A stretch of DNA of 64,000 nt from Azolla caroliniana (lineage: Eukaryota; Plantae; Polypodiophyta), in assembly GCA_043228905.1 (NCBI GenBank), contig JBHGNT010000014.1, positions 6,138,001 to 6,202,000 of the forward strand, read 5' to 3'. The position numbers and the translations under genes are program-made. Positions 22,944-37,259 of this stretch are shown here, in pieces. How positions within the stretch are numbered: the stretch's first letter is position 1; every line of letters starts with the position of its first letter. A model generated the notes under the pieces. The model was not told the DNA's origin, made no database searches, and saw nothing but the letters and a program-made list of their open reading frames with translations.

Positions 22944-25900
22944 CCGCGTTGCCTCTCGTTGAGAACCTTTGCTCCGAATCGGATCGGATATCGCGAACCA
23001 TCCGAGTCAGCTTGATTGATGACCCATCCGATTCTGGTTGGACTTGTGTCAACCATTACTATGATCGGTCTGTCATAGTTCGGCTTCTTTAGTGCTTTTG
23101 CCCTCCATAGTGATTTCTTGAGCTTCTTCACGGCTTTGGTATGCTCCGGTTTCCATTCGAACTTCTTACCCTTCCGCAACAAGTGATAGAGTGGGTCCGC
23201 AATATGTGCATAGTGCGGAATCCATATGTGATAGAATGCACATGCTCCAAGAAACCTTCAGACTTCGGATTGTGACTCGCATACTTCTTTCATAGCTTGA
23301 ATCGCATCGATCTTGGTTGGTGACGGCCTTCGGCCGCAGGGCCCACATAGATGTCCGACTACCAATATTTCTTCTTGCCCAAATGCCGATTTCTCACCGG
23401 AAAGTGTTAGGGGCACATCTTCTAATTTTCAAAGCACTTTCTCGCAATCATGAATATGGTCAACTACGAACTTTCGCCATCCCCGATCATCCATAGTTGC
23501 AATGTCATCTAGCAACGGCATCGTTATCTCCGGAATGCAGTCCCGGAGCACCTTGTTCATTGCATTCATCATATGTGCGACCGAGTTTGTTGCGCCTTGT
23601 GGTAGTGTGCACATACAGACAAATCCTATCAGTGTCCGCATGGTAGTGATATCTCGGCTCTCCACGGCTAGTTGGAATTGGTCATATCCGGAGTATAGGT
23701 CTCCGATGGAGTATATAGCGCGACTGGCAAATGCTTCCGCAAATTCGTTCACTATCGGACCGACTCCAGAGTTCCGGATCGTGACTTTGTTCACCGGTTG
23801 CAAATCTTGAATAAATCGGAGTGACCCATTCTTCTTCGGAACCGTAAACCATCAATTTGAGTACGGAGCGTTTGATGGCTCTAGAATCCCCATCGCCACC
23901 TTCTCCTTGAGCAAGTTGATGACTTTCGGAATATGCGCCCGTGGCACCGGAATCGACTTCAGGTTCCACGACACATGGTCAATCGTGAAGATCACCATCG
24001 GTTCCACTATCTTCAGATCAGTGCACCCTATCTCCTTCGATGTGAATGCAAATGCTTCCCCATGTTATTCCAACATCCCTCGGAATTGTTCTTCTTCATT
24101 TTGTAAAAGGAAACCACCTCCACCGATCCAGAGTTTCTTCCGGGTCTCATTCGTGAAGGCATGTCTGATATCCACGAACTTCCAAAGTGTCGGATCTCCC
24201 GAGACTTCTTTCCTCTTTTGTTCGCTATCGGCGGGTAGTGGTCCTGCAACCGGTTTCACCTTCTTCTCCACGGTCTTGTATTTCGTACTTACCATTGCTT
24301 CTTCTTTGCGGAGCGCATCCGGCCCCATTTTCACAATGATCTTGTACATCTCGACCGATTCCACCGGGACTACCCGGTCTCCCTGGCTTGTATCTTTCGC
24401 GAGCTCTTCAAGCCGTTGTAGCATGCTCCCATAGAACATTTGTTCAACTATTCCCACGATTTCTTCATCTTCTTTTATTATTGATGCCGACTGTAACTTA
24501 TCCTCCACTTTTCGGTATTCTTTCTTCATTCCTCCGGTTACGGCCGTGTACGTAGATGCCCCATCCGGACCGATTCGTACTTGTTTTGCTTCGAGAGTTT
24601 TCTTCATGTGTGGGGTATCAGGGCTTCTCGGACTATCACTTCCCCACTCCGAAACAATCTGCTCTAAAAATCCATCCTTGTTTAGGACAAGAGCTCTCTC
24701 TTGTTCCTTTCATGATTTGCCGGCACCGTTAGGAATTGGACGGATTTCCCTCCATTTTGGCTCCGAATTTGTGCAAAAGCCGCACCGCTATCGAGCACCT
24801 TCGTCTCCATCCGTGATGCCGTGATAAAGGGTTGCCCGAGGATCACGGAGTGTGAGACCTCGTCTTGTACGAAGAAATTTTGGTCGATCTCGACATCCCC
24901 GATCTTCACCGTCACATCCGAACAAGCCACAAATAGATCTTCCGTTGCTTTAGTGGCCGCTCAGATCTTCCATCCATGATTGGTGTTAATAGGCCACTTC
25001 CCCTTCCGGTAGAACTCTTTGGACATCAAATTGATCTCCGATCTGTGATCAATCAATGCTAACACGGGCTCCTTGATGTTGCCGATTCGGACCGGAGTGT
25101 CCGTAGTTGCACGCGCCCAGTGTGGCTTTGTATAGTGGGAATTCGGAATCTCGTCCTCCACTTCGGTGTCGTTCATCAGAACGGTATTTGCATTCACCAT
25201 CGGTGCATTTTCCTCCGTATTTTGTCTTTTTCTTTTTACGAGATCCACAAGAAGATCATGGAACTCTTTTTCTGCTATTCCGAGTAGTTCCCGAAGCGAA
25301 AAATCTACCCGGTTGTCAAGAATTCTCTCCTCGAACACCTTTTTCAAGTCCGTTTGTTGTTCAATGTCCGAGGCAAGCTTGAATGCTGAAATTGTTTTTC
25401 CTTTCCCTCTTCCGTCGGACTTCCAGCTCTCTGGTGTCTTCAATGGTCGAGCCGCATCCTCCGTGCGTCGCCGCTTCTCGTCCACATACACCTCATGTAA
25501 TTGACATAGGGCGTATACGCTATTCTTATCGACGTGGCACTCCCATCCCGTACCTTCCTGGATGCCTTCCGCGGTCCTTCGGATCTCGTTAGAGTTGGTT
25601 TTCTCAGTGTTTTCTAGCACTTCTAGCCAAAAAGACACCTTTGCTCCCGATGACTCCCCGACATGTATTCCCGCGGTTGTCGCATAATTGCTCTTCGCCG
25701 CTATTTCCTCCTCTAGGACCCTCTTCATGCCGCCTTTCCGGAAGTTCGGTTGGAGCGGCTTCCGAGAGTCCATCGAATGAATCTGATTTCCCTCGTAGTA
25801 GATCTGATCCCGTCGTAGCGCTTCCTTGTGCTCGTCACAATCCCTCTGATCATGTTCGGTGCTATCGCATCATATGCACCGATGGTCCATATACTTGGAA

Positions 25901-26727
25901 CTTGTGGGACGGTCATCTGACTTCTTCACCATCGCGATTTTTAGATTCTCCATCTCCTTCAGCAAGTGCTCCACCGTAGTTGCGTCGATTCCCTTCTCGG
26001 TCGTAGCTTCCCGAGCCCGCGGTTGATGGTCTTCCGATCTGGATCTCGGTTTCGGAATCGGTTCCAAAACCCTCTTTTCTTCGTTGGCAAGCCATTGCTC
26101 CCTCTTTTTGTATCGCACGACGATATCCCGCACACTTTCCCATGTTTCGGTGAGGCCACTCTCGATAGTTGTGTCCTCTAGAAGCACTCCAACATCCTTC
26201 CGGTCCCAGATGTCTACAGCTCGTAAAAACATGATAACTTTGTCCAGTGGGATGATAGCTTGATCTCTCGCAGACAACCTCCGGAACCGACTTTCGAATG
26301 CCGAAAACACATCGAGGACCTTCATCCCCTTGTCCGACATTTCTACCCAATCCTTGAATCCTCTCCGCGTTGCATTGGAGGAGTCCTCGATAGCAAACGT
26401 GGTCTTTAGCACCTCTTCAAATGCCTCCCACGTCGGATTTTGTTGTCGTAGCCTGTGGATACTTGCTTAAAGCCCATCGATAGCTACCCGGTTGAAGGAT
26501 GTCACTTGCAGTCCTTCCGAAATCCCGCATCGTATCATTTCGGCCTTGTAGTCCCGAAGATAGCATGATACGTCCTTCCCGTTGAATTGCCCGATCCGTT
26601 GCACGAGCCGCTCTACTGCCGCCGCTATCTCCGACATCGCACGTTGTTCTTGAAGCATCCACTCGAACATCATCATCATGTTGATAGCCTCTGGTTGATT
26701 TTCCATCTCCTTGCCACCCGTGTTCAT
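22944..26727 (-). pseudogene. D1 gag, protease, RT and RNase H N-half (degraded)
   Basis: FNGKDVS gag, ALIDHRSEIN protease, DLYSGYDQF, LPQGATNS and LLDD RT, VDTS RH. Confidence 0.88.
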
Positions 26728-27604
26728 GTCAGGTTCACCACTTGTGTCTTGCCTTTCGGCTCCGGATCGTTGCGTGAGTCGGGTGGGAACCACTAAGGTT
26801 TTGGACTAGGAGAAAAGAAATTCTAAGGCAATGAAGAATATGAAATATTTTGTAAGAAAGAAAGATATGAAAAACTTGTGAATCCCACGAGTCTAGTGTA
26901 TTAGTGAGTACTCAAATTAAGAGATAAAAATAGTTAGCAAATTCGTGAATCCCACGATTATATTATATTAATCCACCCTTGTAAAATAAGCAACAACCCC
27001 CATACATCATTCTCTCCTCCTTATATAAGGATGGAAGAGGCTAACCATAGCTTCATGCTTTTTTCTAAAGTGTTCATGCACACTAAATGTGCATGAGTTG
27101 CCTTTTTACACTATGCTTTTATTTCCTAAATATAGTGCTCATGCTTGCTAGATGTGCACGAGTCATTTTTTATTGGTGTACATTTTTCTTATAAATAAAG
27201 TATTCACGCATTCTAAAAAATGCATGACTTTCCTTTAAATAAAGGTAGGCGTAAATAAAGGTCTTATATGTATGAAATCTATATTTAGAACACTTAGGAT
27301 AAGTTAGTACATTGTAAGGTTGGGGTTTGTCTACGTGGAGGTACAGGGTTTGAATCTTGCCCTATGCACGTAATAAATATTTTTAATATTTTATTTTATT
27401 TATTATACGTACTTTAAATCGGATATAGTATTTTACATATTTCACGTACTGTGTGATTCACACTACAACAACGTGAGATCATGATATCAATTAATGTTTG
27501 CCCATGATGTGTTTACATCACGACATGATGTTAGGACTACTTGTCTAAGCTTATCCTATTTCTTTTCCATAAATAATCATTTACTGGCTCAAAATAACGA
27601 CCCG

Positions 27605-30600
27605 ATGTCATCCGCTGAAGCAGAAGGAACTCAAGGGAATCCTCCTGGACAAATGTCCATTGAGATGTATTTTTCGCAAATAAGCCAATACCTTAGTTTC
27701 ACCGCTCAACAGATGACCGAACTTCGGCAATCTCAAAGTGTTCTTGAGGCACATGTCATTAGTTTATAACATGAGACTAATAGACCTAATGAGCGACAAG
27801 GTGAACCATCGTTTGTCGTTAAGCCATTTACGGGAGACAAAAAGGAAAGAACCGAAGAAGCAATCTGCATGTGGTTGGGCCAATGGGAGTCTCGTTTTGA
27901 GCTCTATCCCACGCTAGATAGTACGAAGATTGCATATGTCAGCTAAGAACTAGGGGGTAAGGCCGTCGCCTGGTGGCGTGGGCTCCATACTTTGGGGAAA
28001 TTGCCCGATACCTGGACAAATTTTGTCACAGTTTTCAAGGGCCAATTTCTACAACCTCCCTCTCGAGCCGAGGCAGCACAAGCTTTAATGAACCTCTCTA
28101 GTCGGAAATTTTCCTCACTAGAAGACTATGTCCACCATGCTAGAACCCAAATCCAAAAATCGGGTCTAGAAGGACAACTGGTTAATAGCTATTTTTGTCA
28201 ATGGCATCCCCAATTATCCTTCGAAGAGGCCATTGAAATAGTTCTTCGCTATCAACGCACTTCGAAGAAGGACCACAACAAACCCAACGAAGCGCCCGGG
28301 CCTAAGCAATCGCAATTCGTTGGGAAACGCAAGACACCCAACGAATTCATGGATCGCGATTATAAGCGACAACATCCTTTTTGCGTATTCTGCAAAAAGA
28401 AGGGTCATACAAAACAGCAATTTCGAAAGCTCCAACGGAAAGACCACGACAACAAAGCTAAAGTTGTAGATCATAAAGGCCAGATTCCTAATATCCTTCA
28501 AGTCTATACACATCATTTAAGTAATTGTCAATGTTCTTTCCCTCACTATGTATTGGGTCCCAATGATTTACTACGTGCAAACGGGTATATCAATGGATCT
28601 CCCGTACAATTTTTATTTGATTCAGGAAGCTCACACAACTTTGTCAATGATCGTTTGGTTCAGATATGGGGAATCCAACCCACCGTAAGTGATCACACCT
28701 ACACGGTGCACTTGGCTGATGGAAGAGTACAATACATCAACGGGGTGATTCATTCATTAGGAATTTCTATTGATACTTATATAGATGAAGTAGACTTCCA
28801 TGTAATGAATCTATGTACCACCGATGTAATACTGGGTTATCCTTGGTTTTATAATAAAAACTCTTCTTTAGTTATTGATTGGGTTCATCATTCAATACCT
28901 TTTGTACTGAATGATTGTACTCATTTTATTCAATGTGTCAAAAAACAATCCCTCTCGATTGTTTCCTCGTGTCCATCAATATCTGAGTTGTCTTGTTCTA
29001 CTCTATTTTATTGTGTACTTGATCCAGACATTCACGTTTACAATATCAATAATGTCTCGGTTCAATTAACATATTTTGAACCACAACAACTTGATGAAAT
29101 CTTAAATGATCTTCGTGATGTTTTTCCGAGTGAACTACCAGATGGTTTACCTCCTAAACGTAATATAGACCATTGTATAGATATTGTACCTGGCGTTGCA
29201 CCAAAAAGTGTACCTCCTGATCGCTTAAGTCGATCTGAAGAGGATGAGAGAGCTAAGCAACTCAAGGACTATTTACGAATGGGTTATATATGTTATAGCA
29301 AATCTCCATGGGGGGCACCAGTTCTCTTGGTTAAAAAGAAAGAGGGCACATGGCGTATGTGTATTAATTGCCAACGCTTGAATAAAGTGATGATCAAGAA
29401 TTCATATCCATTGCCCCGGGCTGACAATCTAATTGACCGTCTCCAAGGAGCTCAATATTTTACGAAACTTGATCTCCATACTAGCTACCATCAAATTCGT
29501 ATAAGTGAGGACGATGTTCCTAAAACGGCATTTCGTACGCGCTATGGCCATTATGAGTTTTTGGTTATGCCTTTTGGTTTGACCAATGCTCCCGCAACAT
29601 TTCAACAAGAAATGAATGACATTTTCCGAGAACAACTTGGATGATATTTTAGTTTATAGCCGTACATTACAAGAGCATGCTAAACTTGTCCGCTTTGTTT
29701 TACAAACATTGCGTGATAAACAGTTTTATGCGAAGATCTAAAAATGTGAGTTCTTCAAGAAATCAATTACTTATCTTGGACATCTCATAACCGAACGAGG
29801 AGTTGAAATTGATTCTTCTCGCATCGAGAAATTCAAGCTTTGGCCCACTCTTCAGAATATTCGAGAAGTTCGATCATTCCTTGGTTTTGTCGGGTTTTTG
29901 AGAAAATCCCTTCGTAATTACTCCCAATTGACGACGTCGTTTACTAATCTTCGAAAAGGTCAAACGCATAAGTCTACAAAACCTATTGCCTGGAATGCTA
30001 CACTAGACCTCGCCTTTAAGGAACTCAAGGACCTAGTATGCAAGGCTCCTTCACTTTTTTTTACCCGATCCTTCAAAACCTTTTGAGGTTGAAACCGATG
30101 CAAGCGATTATGCTATATGTGTTGTCTTATATCAAGATGGTAAACCAATAGCATTCAAGAGTAAGAAACTTGATTCTGCTCAATGTCGGTATACCGTTCA
30201 AGAAAAGGAATTATTTGCAGTTATACATGCGCTCAAAACATGGCGCCATTATCTTTATGGAAATCGCTTTGTGGTAACTACGGACCACAAGTCCTTGAAA
30301 TATTTTTGTGACCAACAAGACCTAAAAGGTCATAAGGCACGATGGGCTGATCTCATCCAGGACTTTGATTTTTCCATACGATATCATAAAGGTTCCATGA
30401 ACACTATCGCTAATGCACTAAGTCGCATCCGTGAAGTTAACATGCTTAGCTTCACTGAAATAACATCATATCTTTATGATCACCTTCGAGGCAAGTATCC
30501 TGATGATAGTTATTTCGCAAAATACTGGGCAAGAGTTGAGTCTGGAACATACACCACCACATCCTCGAAGGAATACTTCCACATTGCTAACGGTCTGCTC

Positions 30601-31940
30601 TACCCTAATGGGAAGGTTTGTGTTCCAGATTTACCCGAGGTCAAAAAGAGGATTCTTTTTTAATGCCATGATGCACCCTCAGCAAGGCACCTTGGAATAC
30701 ATCGTACACTCGTTCTCATCTCCACTCAATTTTATTGGCCTAAGATGCATCCTAACATACATATTTATGTGACTAAATGTCACCAATGTCAGGTTAACAA
30801 AGCCGAGAGACTTAAAGCCGTAGGACTTTTACATCCCTTGGACATTCCCAATAATAAGTGGGAAAGTATATCCATGGATTTTATTGTTAGCCTTGCACCC
30901 AAAAAGGCCATGATGCAATCTGGGTTGTGGTTGATAGACTAACTAAAATGGCCAAATTTATTGCTACTAAAACCACGGTAACAACTCCTGAATTGGCTTA
31001 CCAATTTGTTGACGGGTTATTTCGTTTTTATGGGTTACCGATGGATATCGTGAGTGATCAAGATCCAAAGTTTACTAGTGACTTCTGGACGCAAGTCTTC
31101 AAGAAGTTAGAAACTACATTGAGCATGAGCTCCATGGATCATCCTCAATCCGATGGACAGACAGAACGAGTAAATCAAATTATTGAGGACATGCTTCAAG
31201 CATATGTTGGTGCAAAACCAACAAAATGGGAACGTTATCTCCCAATTTTGGATTTTGCTTATAACAACTCCAAGCATACGTCGACGGGATATAATCCTTT
31301 TATGTTGATGTATGGTTTTCAGCCATGAGCCCCGAGATGTTAATATACATCATGATGAGTTGCGAAGTACACAAAACTTTCTTCGGTATATGCAAGATAT
31401 GTTGCATATTGCACGAGATAATATAAAAATAGGTCAAGATAGAGCACGTTTTTATGCCGATCATCATAGGCAACCTCGTGTATTCAACCTTGGACAGAAG
31501 GTATTTTTATGTGTACCTCACAATTCTAAGACATTGTCTACGGGTAAGTGCCCTAAGTTAGCCCCACGGTTTTGTGGACCATTTACAGTCCTCAAACACA
31601 TTGGTTCATCAGCCTATCGTCTCGTTCTTCCCGATGGTGTTGGAATTCATCCAGTCTTTCATGTGAGTCGTGTAAAAGAACTTCTAGGTTCTGGCGACAA
31701 TACAGTTACAACTAAAACTCTGGTTACTTCTGAAGATTTATCTTCTAAACCACATGTACCAAAAAGAATTCTTGATGTTAAAACAAAAAAATTATGTACT
31801 AAAGAAATCTGAGAATTTAAAATAAAATGGATGCATAAATCAATAAAAGATGCCACATGGGAACGCGAAAATACTCTCAGAACTAAATTCCCTAACTTTC
31901 CATTGCAAGAGTGCAATGTTTTAAAGAGGGGAGGGGAGTA
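27605..31940 (+). pseudogene. Chromovirus C gag-pol with C-terminal chromodomain (degraded)
   Basis: CVFCKKKGH knuckle, [11 protein letters not shown] protease, [42 protein letters not shown] and QSDGQTER integrase, PKRILD...IKW...DATWE chromodomain. Confidence 0.9.
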
Positions 31941-32384
31941 TGTTATGGGCATGATCATATAATATCCCGTGGTCAGAATTTACCGTAGTATTCTATACAC
32001 GTGGATAAGTGTGAGGGTTAAACAAGAGTGTAAAGAAGGGGAGGATTACTTTTAATCCTCGGGATTGAGACAACCTATTAGGGCAAGTGTGAACATGGCT
32101 GGGGGCCTTGGGTGTCACTATAAATAAGAGGCATAGCTTCCCTCATTTGATCATCTTGTTGACTACGTCGAGACTCTGTCTTGTGGTGGGTCAACTCTTG
32201 TAGCGAGCGCGCCAGCACCAAGTATGACTCGATGCCACGGCGGTGGTATGGGACGCCGATCGAGGCTTGAGTCCGTCTCAATCCCTTTGCTTGGGGGTGG
32301 TCGGGTGGATTGGCATCCTTCTTTCTCTCTCTCCTTTCTATCTATTTATCTATATTCTATCCTTATCTAATGCTTACATTAGTT

Positions 32385-35300
32385 CACGATTACCAAAACA
32401 AAAAACGCTTCAACAAAAAATGGAACGCTAGAAAGGAGGATCGCCAATGGTAGTCGGACAAGGGCACGCCAAGTACCCAACCGGACCAAGGCCAAGCACC
32501 CAACCGACCACCAATAGGACCTCAACCAGGTACCAGAGCGAACGCCGAATCCAGCAACACCCGGAAAGCGTACTACTACTATTGCCGGCTAGAAGGACAT
32601 TACAGTAATCAATGTCCGGTTAAAAGCTACGAGAAAAGACCATCCGTAAATATGGTGGTAGCAGAAATCGCCGGCATACAACAAGTCACCACTAGGGCAA
32701 AAGGCAAAACAACGGAGTGGGAAACACATGAGGCAATCCGAAAGCAATCCACCAAGTGGGTGAAGAAGGCAAATGAGCAAAATGTGGCTGAGCTTGAACA
32801 ACAAAAGGAGAAACCGAAAGGGGCCACCGACATGATTCAATCGGAAAACCCAACATGGCAAGCATTACAAGAATGTCAGATTACGTTGCCATTGGGTCGA
32901 TTATTACAGCTAGTGCCCTGATTTACGGAAGGGCTGAAATCAGGAATGACCACATCAATTCCGTTGTCGGCTCCTGCGTTCTTCTCAAATCCGGAAGAAG
33001 GGCCAACAGTGGTAGACACGAACAGTCCGGCATTCACAGCCATCGTCAAAGGAAGAGAACTACCAGGGACAGAGGATCGGGCGTGAACGTGATCAGTCTA
33101 TGGACTTGTAATACCCTAGGAATCCAAGAATGGGAGCCTTGCCCGTTTTGGCTCCGGATGGAGGATACAAGTTCGGTAAGACCTACTGGTTTGATACGGG
33201 ATCTAGACATAATTATCGAAGGTCATGCATTCCACATTTCGGTGGTGGTTCTCCAGCTCAATGCGCAAGGGGCTTACCCGTTGTTGATGGGCCGCCCATG
33301 GCTAAAAACAGCGCATATCAAACAAAAATGGCAGAAAAACATGATTACCTTCCAACGAGGAAAGACTAAAGTAAGGGTACCTACCCACCCTCGAGCAAGT
33401 ACAAGCAAGGAGTTGACGCCGCTATATGCGGAAGGTGTAAACATGCTCGAGGGGCTTGCAGACGAAGAGGTCGACCAATACTTAGAAGAAAACCCAAAAA
33501 TTGTACCCCTATTTGAAATCGATGTGGCAGAAGCAGTGTCACCATATAGAATGCAATCGGACGACGCCGTCGAGGAACCGGATCGGGAAGCTATCAGAGA
33601 ATTACGACAAGCACAGGAAGCTCTGAAGAGGGAGATGGCGGTATCCTAACGCGTGAAAGCATCCCAATTAGATGAAGTGAACTTAGGTACCGGGGACGAC
33701 GCCAGACCGGTTCATATTGCTAAGGAAATGTCACTGGACAACAGGACGACGATGATCACTTTATTAAAGAAATTCCGGGGCGTATTAGCCTGGTCCTATG
33801 AAGACATGCGGGGGCTAGATCCTCAGTTGTACCAATACCAAATACACCTCAGTAAGGATGCCAAACCATTAGCACAACAACGTTATTGGATGAACCCTAA
33901 CTATGCAACAAAGGTGAAAGAGGAAATTGACAAGTTGCTACGGGTCGGTTTTATCCGACCAATGAAAAAAACTACATGGTTAAGTCCCATAGTCGTCGTG
34001 CTGAAAAAGAACGGTAAGATCTGGGTGTGCGTTGATTACTGGAAACTCAATGCGGCGACAATGACCAACGCCTTTCCACTGTCGTTTACAGATGGAGTGT
34101 TGGACGTGGTAGCCGGTCATGAAGTATATAGCTTCCTAGAGGGTTTCAGCGGCTACAATCAATTAAGGATGCACCCCGACGACCAAGACAAGACGGCATT
34201 CGTCACCGAATGGGGAGTCTTTGTCGCAATGGTAATGATGTTCGGGCTCAAGTCCACACCAGCGACCTTCCAACGAATAATCATGGAAATATTTGGCGAG
34301 TTCATTCCAGCATTCATCCAGGTATTCCTAGATGACTTCATCGTGTATAGCCAAGAAGGAGAACATCTCCAACACCTCCGGCTATGTCTTGAGAAATGCA
34401 AGAGTTATCGATTAAGCCTGAATCCAGCAAAGTGTGTGTTCGGAGTAACAAGTGGTGCATTGTTGGGCCATCTTGTCAGCAAGGACGGGATCGCGATAGA
34501 CCCCGATAAGGTGAAAACAATCTTAGAAGCACCGGCACCATCCACGGCCAAAGCTTTGAGTCGGTTTCTAGGGCAAATCCGGTGGCATGGTCGGATGCTC
34601 CGGTATTTGGCCGATCTTGCTACACCATTGCATGTCGCGGTTCACCAGACACCATTCCAATGGACAAATACGGAGGATGAGGCTTACCGGGCACTGAAAG
34701 TACTATTATCACAAGCATCGGTAGTGCAACCACCGGACTGGTCAAAAGAATTCCACGTGTTCGTTGATGCGTCCGACATAGCAATCGGCAACGCACTAAT
34801 GCAACTAACGGAACCGAAATGGTACCGACCGGTCTATTATGCTATCCGGAAACTATCCCAGGAAAAACGAAATTATTCAACAACGGAACGAGAAGCCTTA
34901 GGGATGATTTACAGTGTCACCAAGTTCAAGAACTATTTATTGGGAAAGAAATTCTCATTTCATGTCGACCACTCAGCGCTATTATATTTGGTCTCAAAGG
35001 CATCGCTCATCGGTAAGTTGGCCCAATGGACATTGTTGCTACGAGAGTTTGAGTTCGAAATATATCACTGGTTGGGAATATAGCATGGGGTTGCCGATTA
35101 CTTGAGCCAGTTAGATTCCGACGAGACCGGTGATGGAGTCCCGGATGAGTTTCCAGATGCTGAGTTGTTTAAAGTAACAACAAAAATGGAGGCCGATAGC
35201 ACGGTAGTCGACGAAGACAAATGGCTAACCAACATGCATCAATTCCTAAGCACGGGACTCCCACCAGAGGAGATGAACCGGGATGAGCGGAAGCGGTTAG

Positions 35301-35553
35301 CAGTGCAAAACCGACATTTTTGTCTACTATAAGACACTCTATACCACAAAGGCGCGGATGGCATATGGCGACGAGTAGTGCGAATCGACGAAAAGGACAC
35401 AATATTTTGAGAAGCGCATTGTGGTGTTGCCGGAGGGCACTATGCTGGGGATGCTACGGCAAGAAAGATATGGCACAACGGGCTATGGTGGCCGACAACA
35501 CAAGGACTCGGTTCGGTACGCGAAAGTTTGTGATTGATGTCAGCGGATGGGCC
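32385..35553 (+). pseudogene. Gypsy B2 gag C-terminus, PR, RT, RH and start of integrase; truncated
   Basis: Co-linear with B1 at about 14950-18118; the 476-aa ORF 33653-35083 contains FLDD and FVDAS. Confidence 0.9.
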
Positions 35554-35559
35554 ACCTCA

Positions 35560-36625
35560 TTCAAGTCGGGTTCACCACTTAATTATGTCATAAAGATTCG
35601 CCACTACGTGCGGATCGTGAGGTGGAACAACCGGGGTTCTGGACCGGAAGGATCCTAAGTTTGCACTAGCTTTAGCGAGAAAGTATTTAAGATAGATGGA
35701 AAGAGAGAGAGATTGAGATAAGATAGAATGTTTGACTTTTGATTGAGAGACAAGATTAATACATCACCAAATGGGATAACAAATTTTCTTATTTTTAATT
35801 TCTTGATTAATACCTAGCCCATTTTTCTTCTCCATCCACTCTTTTATAGATGCCCCCATGCATATGATGCATGTGAGGGTTCAAGACATGCATATAATGC
35901 ATAAAATGCATGAGATGTATGTTTGCCATTTGGCGCTCATGCATTACATGTGTTGCATGATAATCATGGCACTCATTCAAGCTCTCATGTATGAGAATTT
36001 ACATGTGAAAGTATAATGATAAAATATAACTTAAAGAAATGACTCGGTTTTTCGTTTCACACCGAAAATCTTCAAGACACTGTGCCTCACGATCAACCTA
36101 TCTGATCCATCCAGTCCACATATGACCCGTCTATCCGGTCCCGGTTCCGTTGCCGTCGTCGTTCTGGTCTTGGTTTTGTCGTCATCCGTCCAGTATGGTT
36201 CCAGTTCCGTCACCATCCGTCCGGTTCCGGCTCCATCTGGATCCGTCCAAAACACTATTTGAATAACTTGGCCGCATCCATTCATCCAAGTTATATAACC
36301 CAACCTTTATGTGCTCCTAGCACATAGATGAATATTAAGAGGTATGGCTCTACTTATATACTCTTGAATCCTGATGTGGTCCTATCTATATTGGATATCC
36401 CACAGTTTTGTTTTCCTCTTCTTCTTCTCAAACTTCACACTCACATAACTTGACACTAAGTTGTCTTCTCAAGCTCCTAAAGACATCCATCTTTCCGTAC
36501 CAAGATATTAAACTAATATAAAATAATATCTTCACTATTATTGTTTCATATTGTGTGTGAAGAACCACACTCGATTTTGTACATTCCATGCAATTTTCAC
36601 ACTGTTGCCGAAAATCTTGACGACA
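35560..36625 (-). mobile_element. 5' LTR E (35586-36625) with a tRNA-Trp PBS (35560-35577); internal region missing
   Basis: Termini tgtca...cgaca; minus strand TGGTGAACCCGACTTGAA lies 8 nt from the LTR; the U5 end resembles that of D. Confidence 0.7.
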
Positions 36626-37258
36626 CCGGTTTAATTCAGGGACAAGAGACCGGATAAGATCGATGCAACAGTGTGGGAGGTGATGCCCATGAAGACGACG
36701 GCATACATCCGGTGCTTCATCGACATGAGCCTGTACAACAACTTCAATGAAGAGAGCAAGGCTCATGAACTCTAAGAGAAGATCGGCATCATGTTCCAGA
36801 ACAAGAATGTCGTAATCGGGTTTCGGTATTCTGGAAGCTAGTGAGGCTCCAGTACCAGGACGGCTCTAGTATGGTGGAGCACATGAATGCCTTCCAAGCG
36901 CTGATACATTAGGCCACCTCATTGGAAGTACCTCTCGCCGATGAGGTACTTGCATTACTCCTGCTCGGTTCCCTCCCGGATAGTACGTTGTCCCTAGCAA
37001 GGATAAATCAAGCTTGCTAGATGAAGAAACTCATCAAAAGCACCGGGAGTCCGGAACTGATCCGAAGGCCTTGGTCACGAAAGATTACCACAACCGGGGA
37101 AGAGGCCGGTATCGGAGTCCCCAAAACCGGGACAAATATGGGACAAGGTCAAAGTCAAGGGGGGGGGGGGGGCTACTTGCTTCTTCTATGGGAAGCCAAG
37201 GCACTTCCAGAAGAATTGTCGGCATTTCCCGAAACAGAAAAAAACCGGCACTATCAAT
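36626..37258 (+). pseudogene. Copia A-related gag fragment
   Basis: LVRLQYQDGSSMVEHM, LLLGSLPDS and CFFYGKPRHFQKNCRHF are homologous to A1 gag. Confidence 0.78.
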
Positions 37259-37259
37259 T

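Larger units (their letters stand above)
4938..27470 (-). mobile_element. Ty3/Gypsy non-chromovirus D1, tRNA-Trp-primed, interrupted by B1
   Basis: LTRs 4938-5667 and 26743-27470 (about 730 bp); PPT at 5668-5678; PBS TGGTGAACCTGACATGAA at 26723-26740; order gag-PR-RT-RH-INT on the minus strand; no matching TSD. Confidence 0.9.
2834..32309 (+). mobile_element. Ty3/Gypsy chromovirus C, interrupted by D (possibly a chimera of two copies)
   Basis: Matching LTR starts tgttacgggcatgaccat (2834) and tgttatgggcatgatcat (31941); PPT aaagaggggaggggag before 31941; the 3' LTR is truncated near 32309. I could not fix the 3' end of the 5' LTR or find a PBS. Confidence 0.82.
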
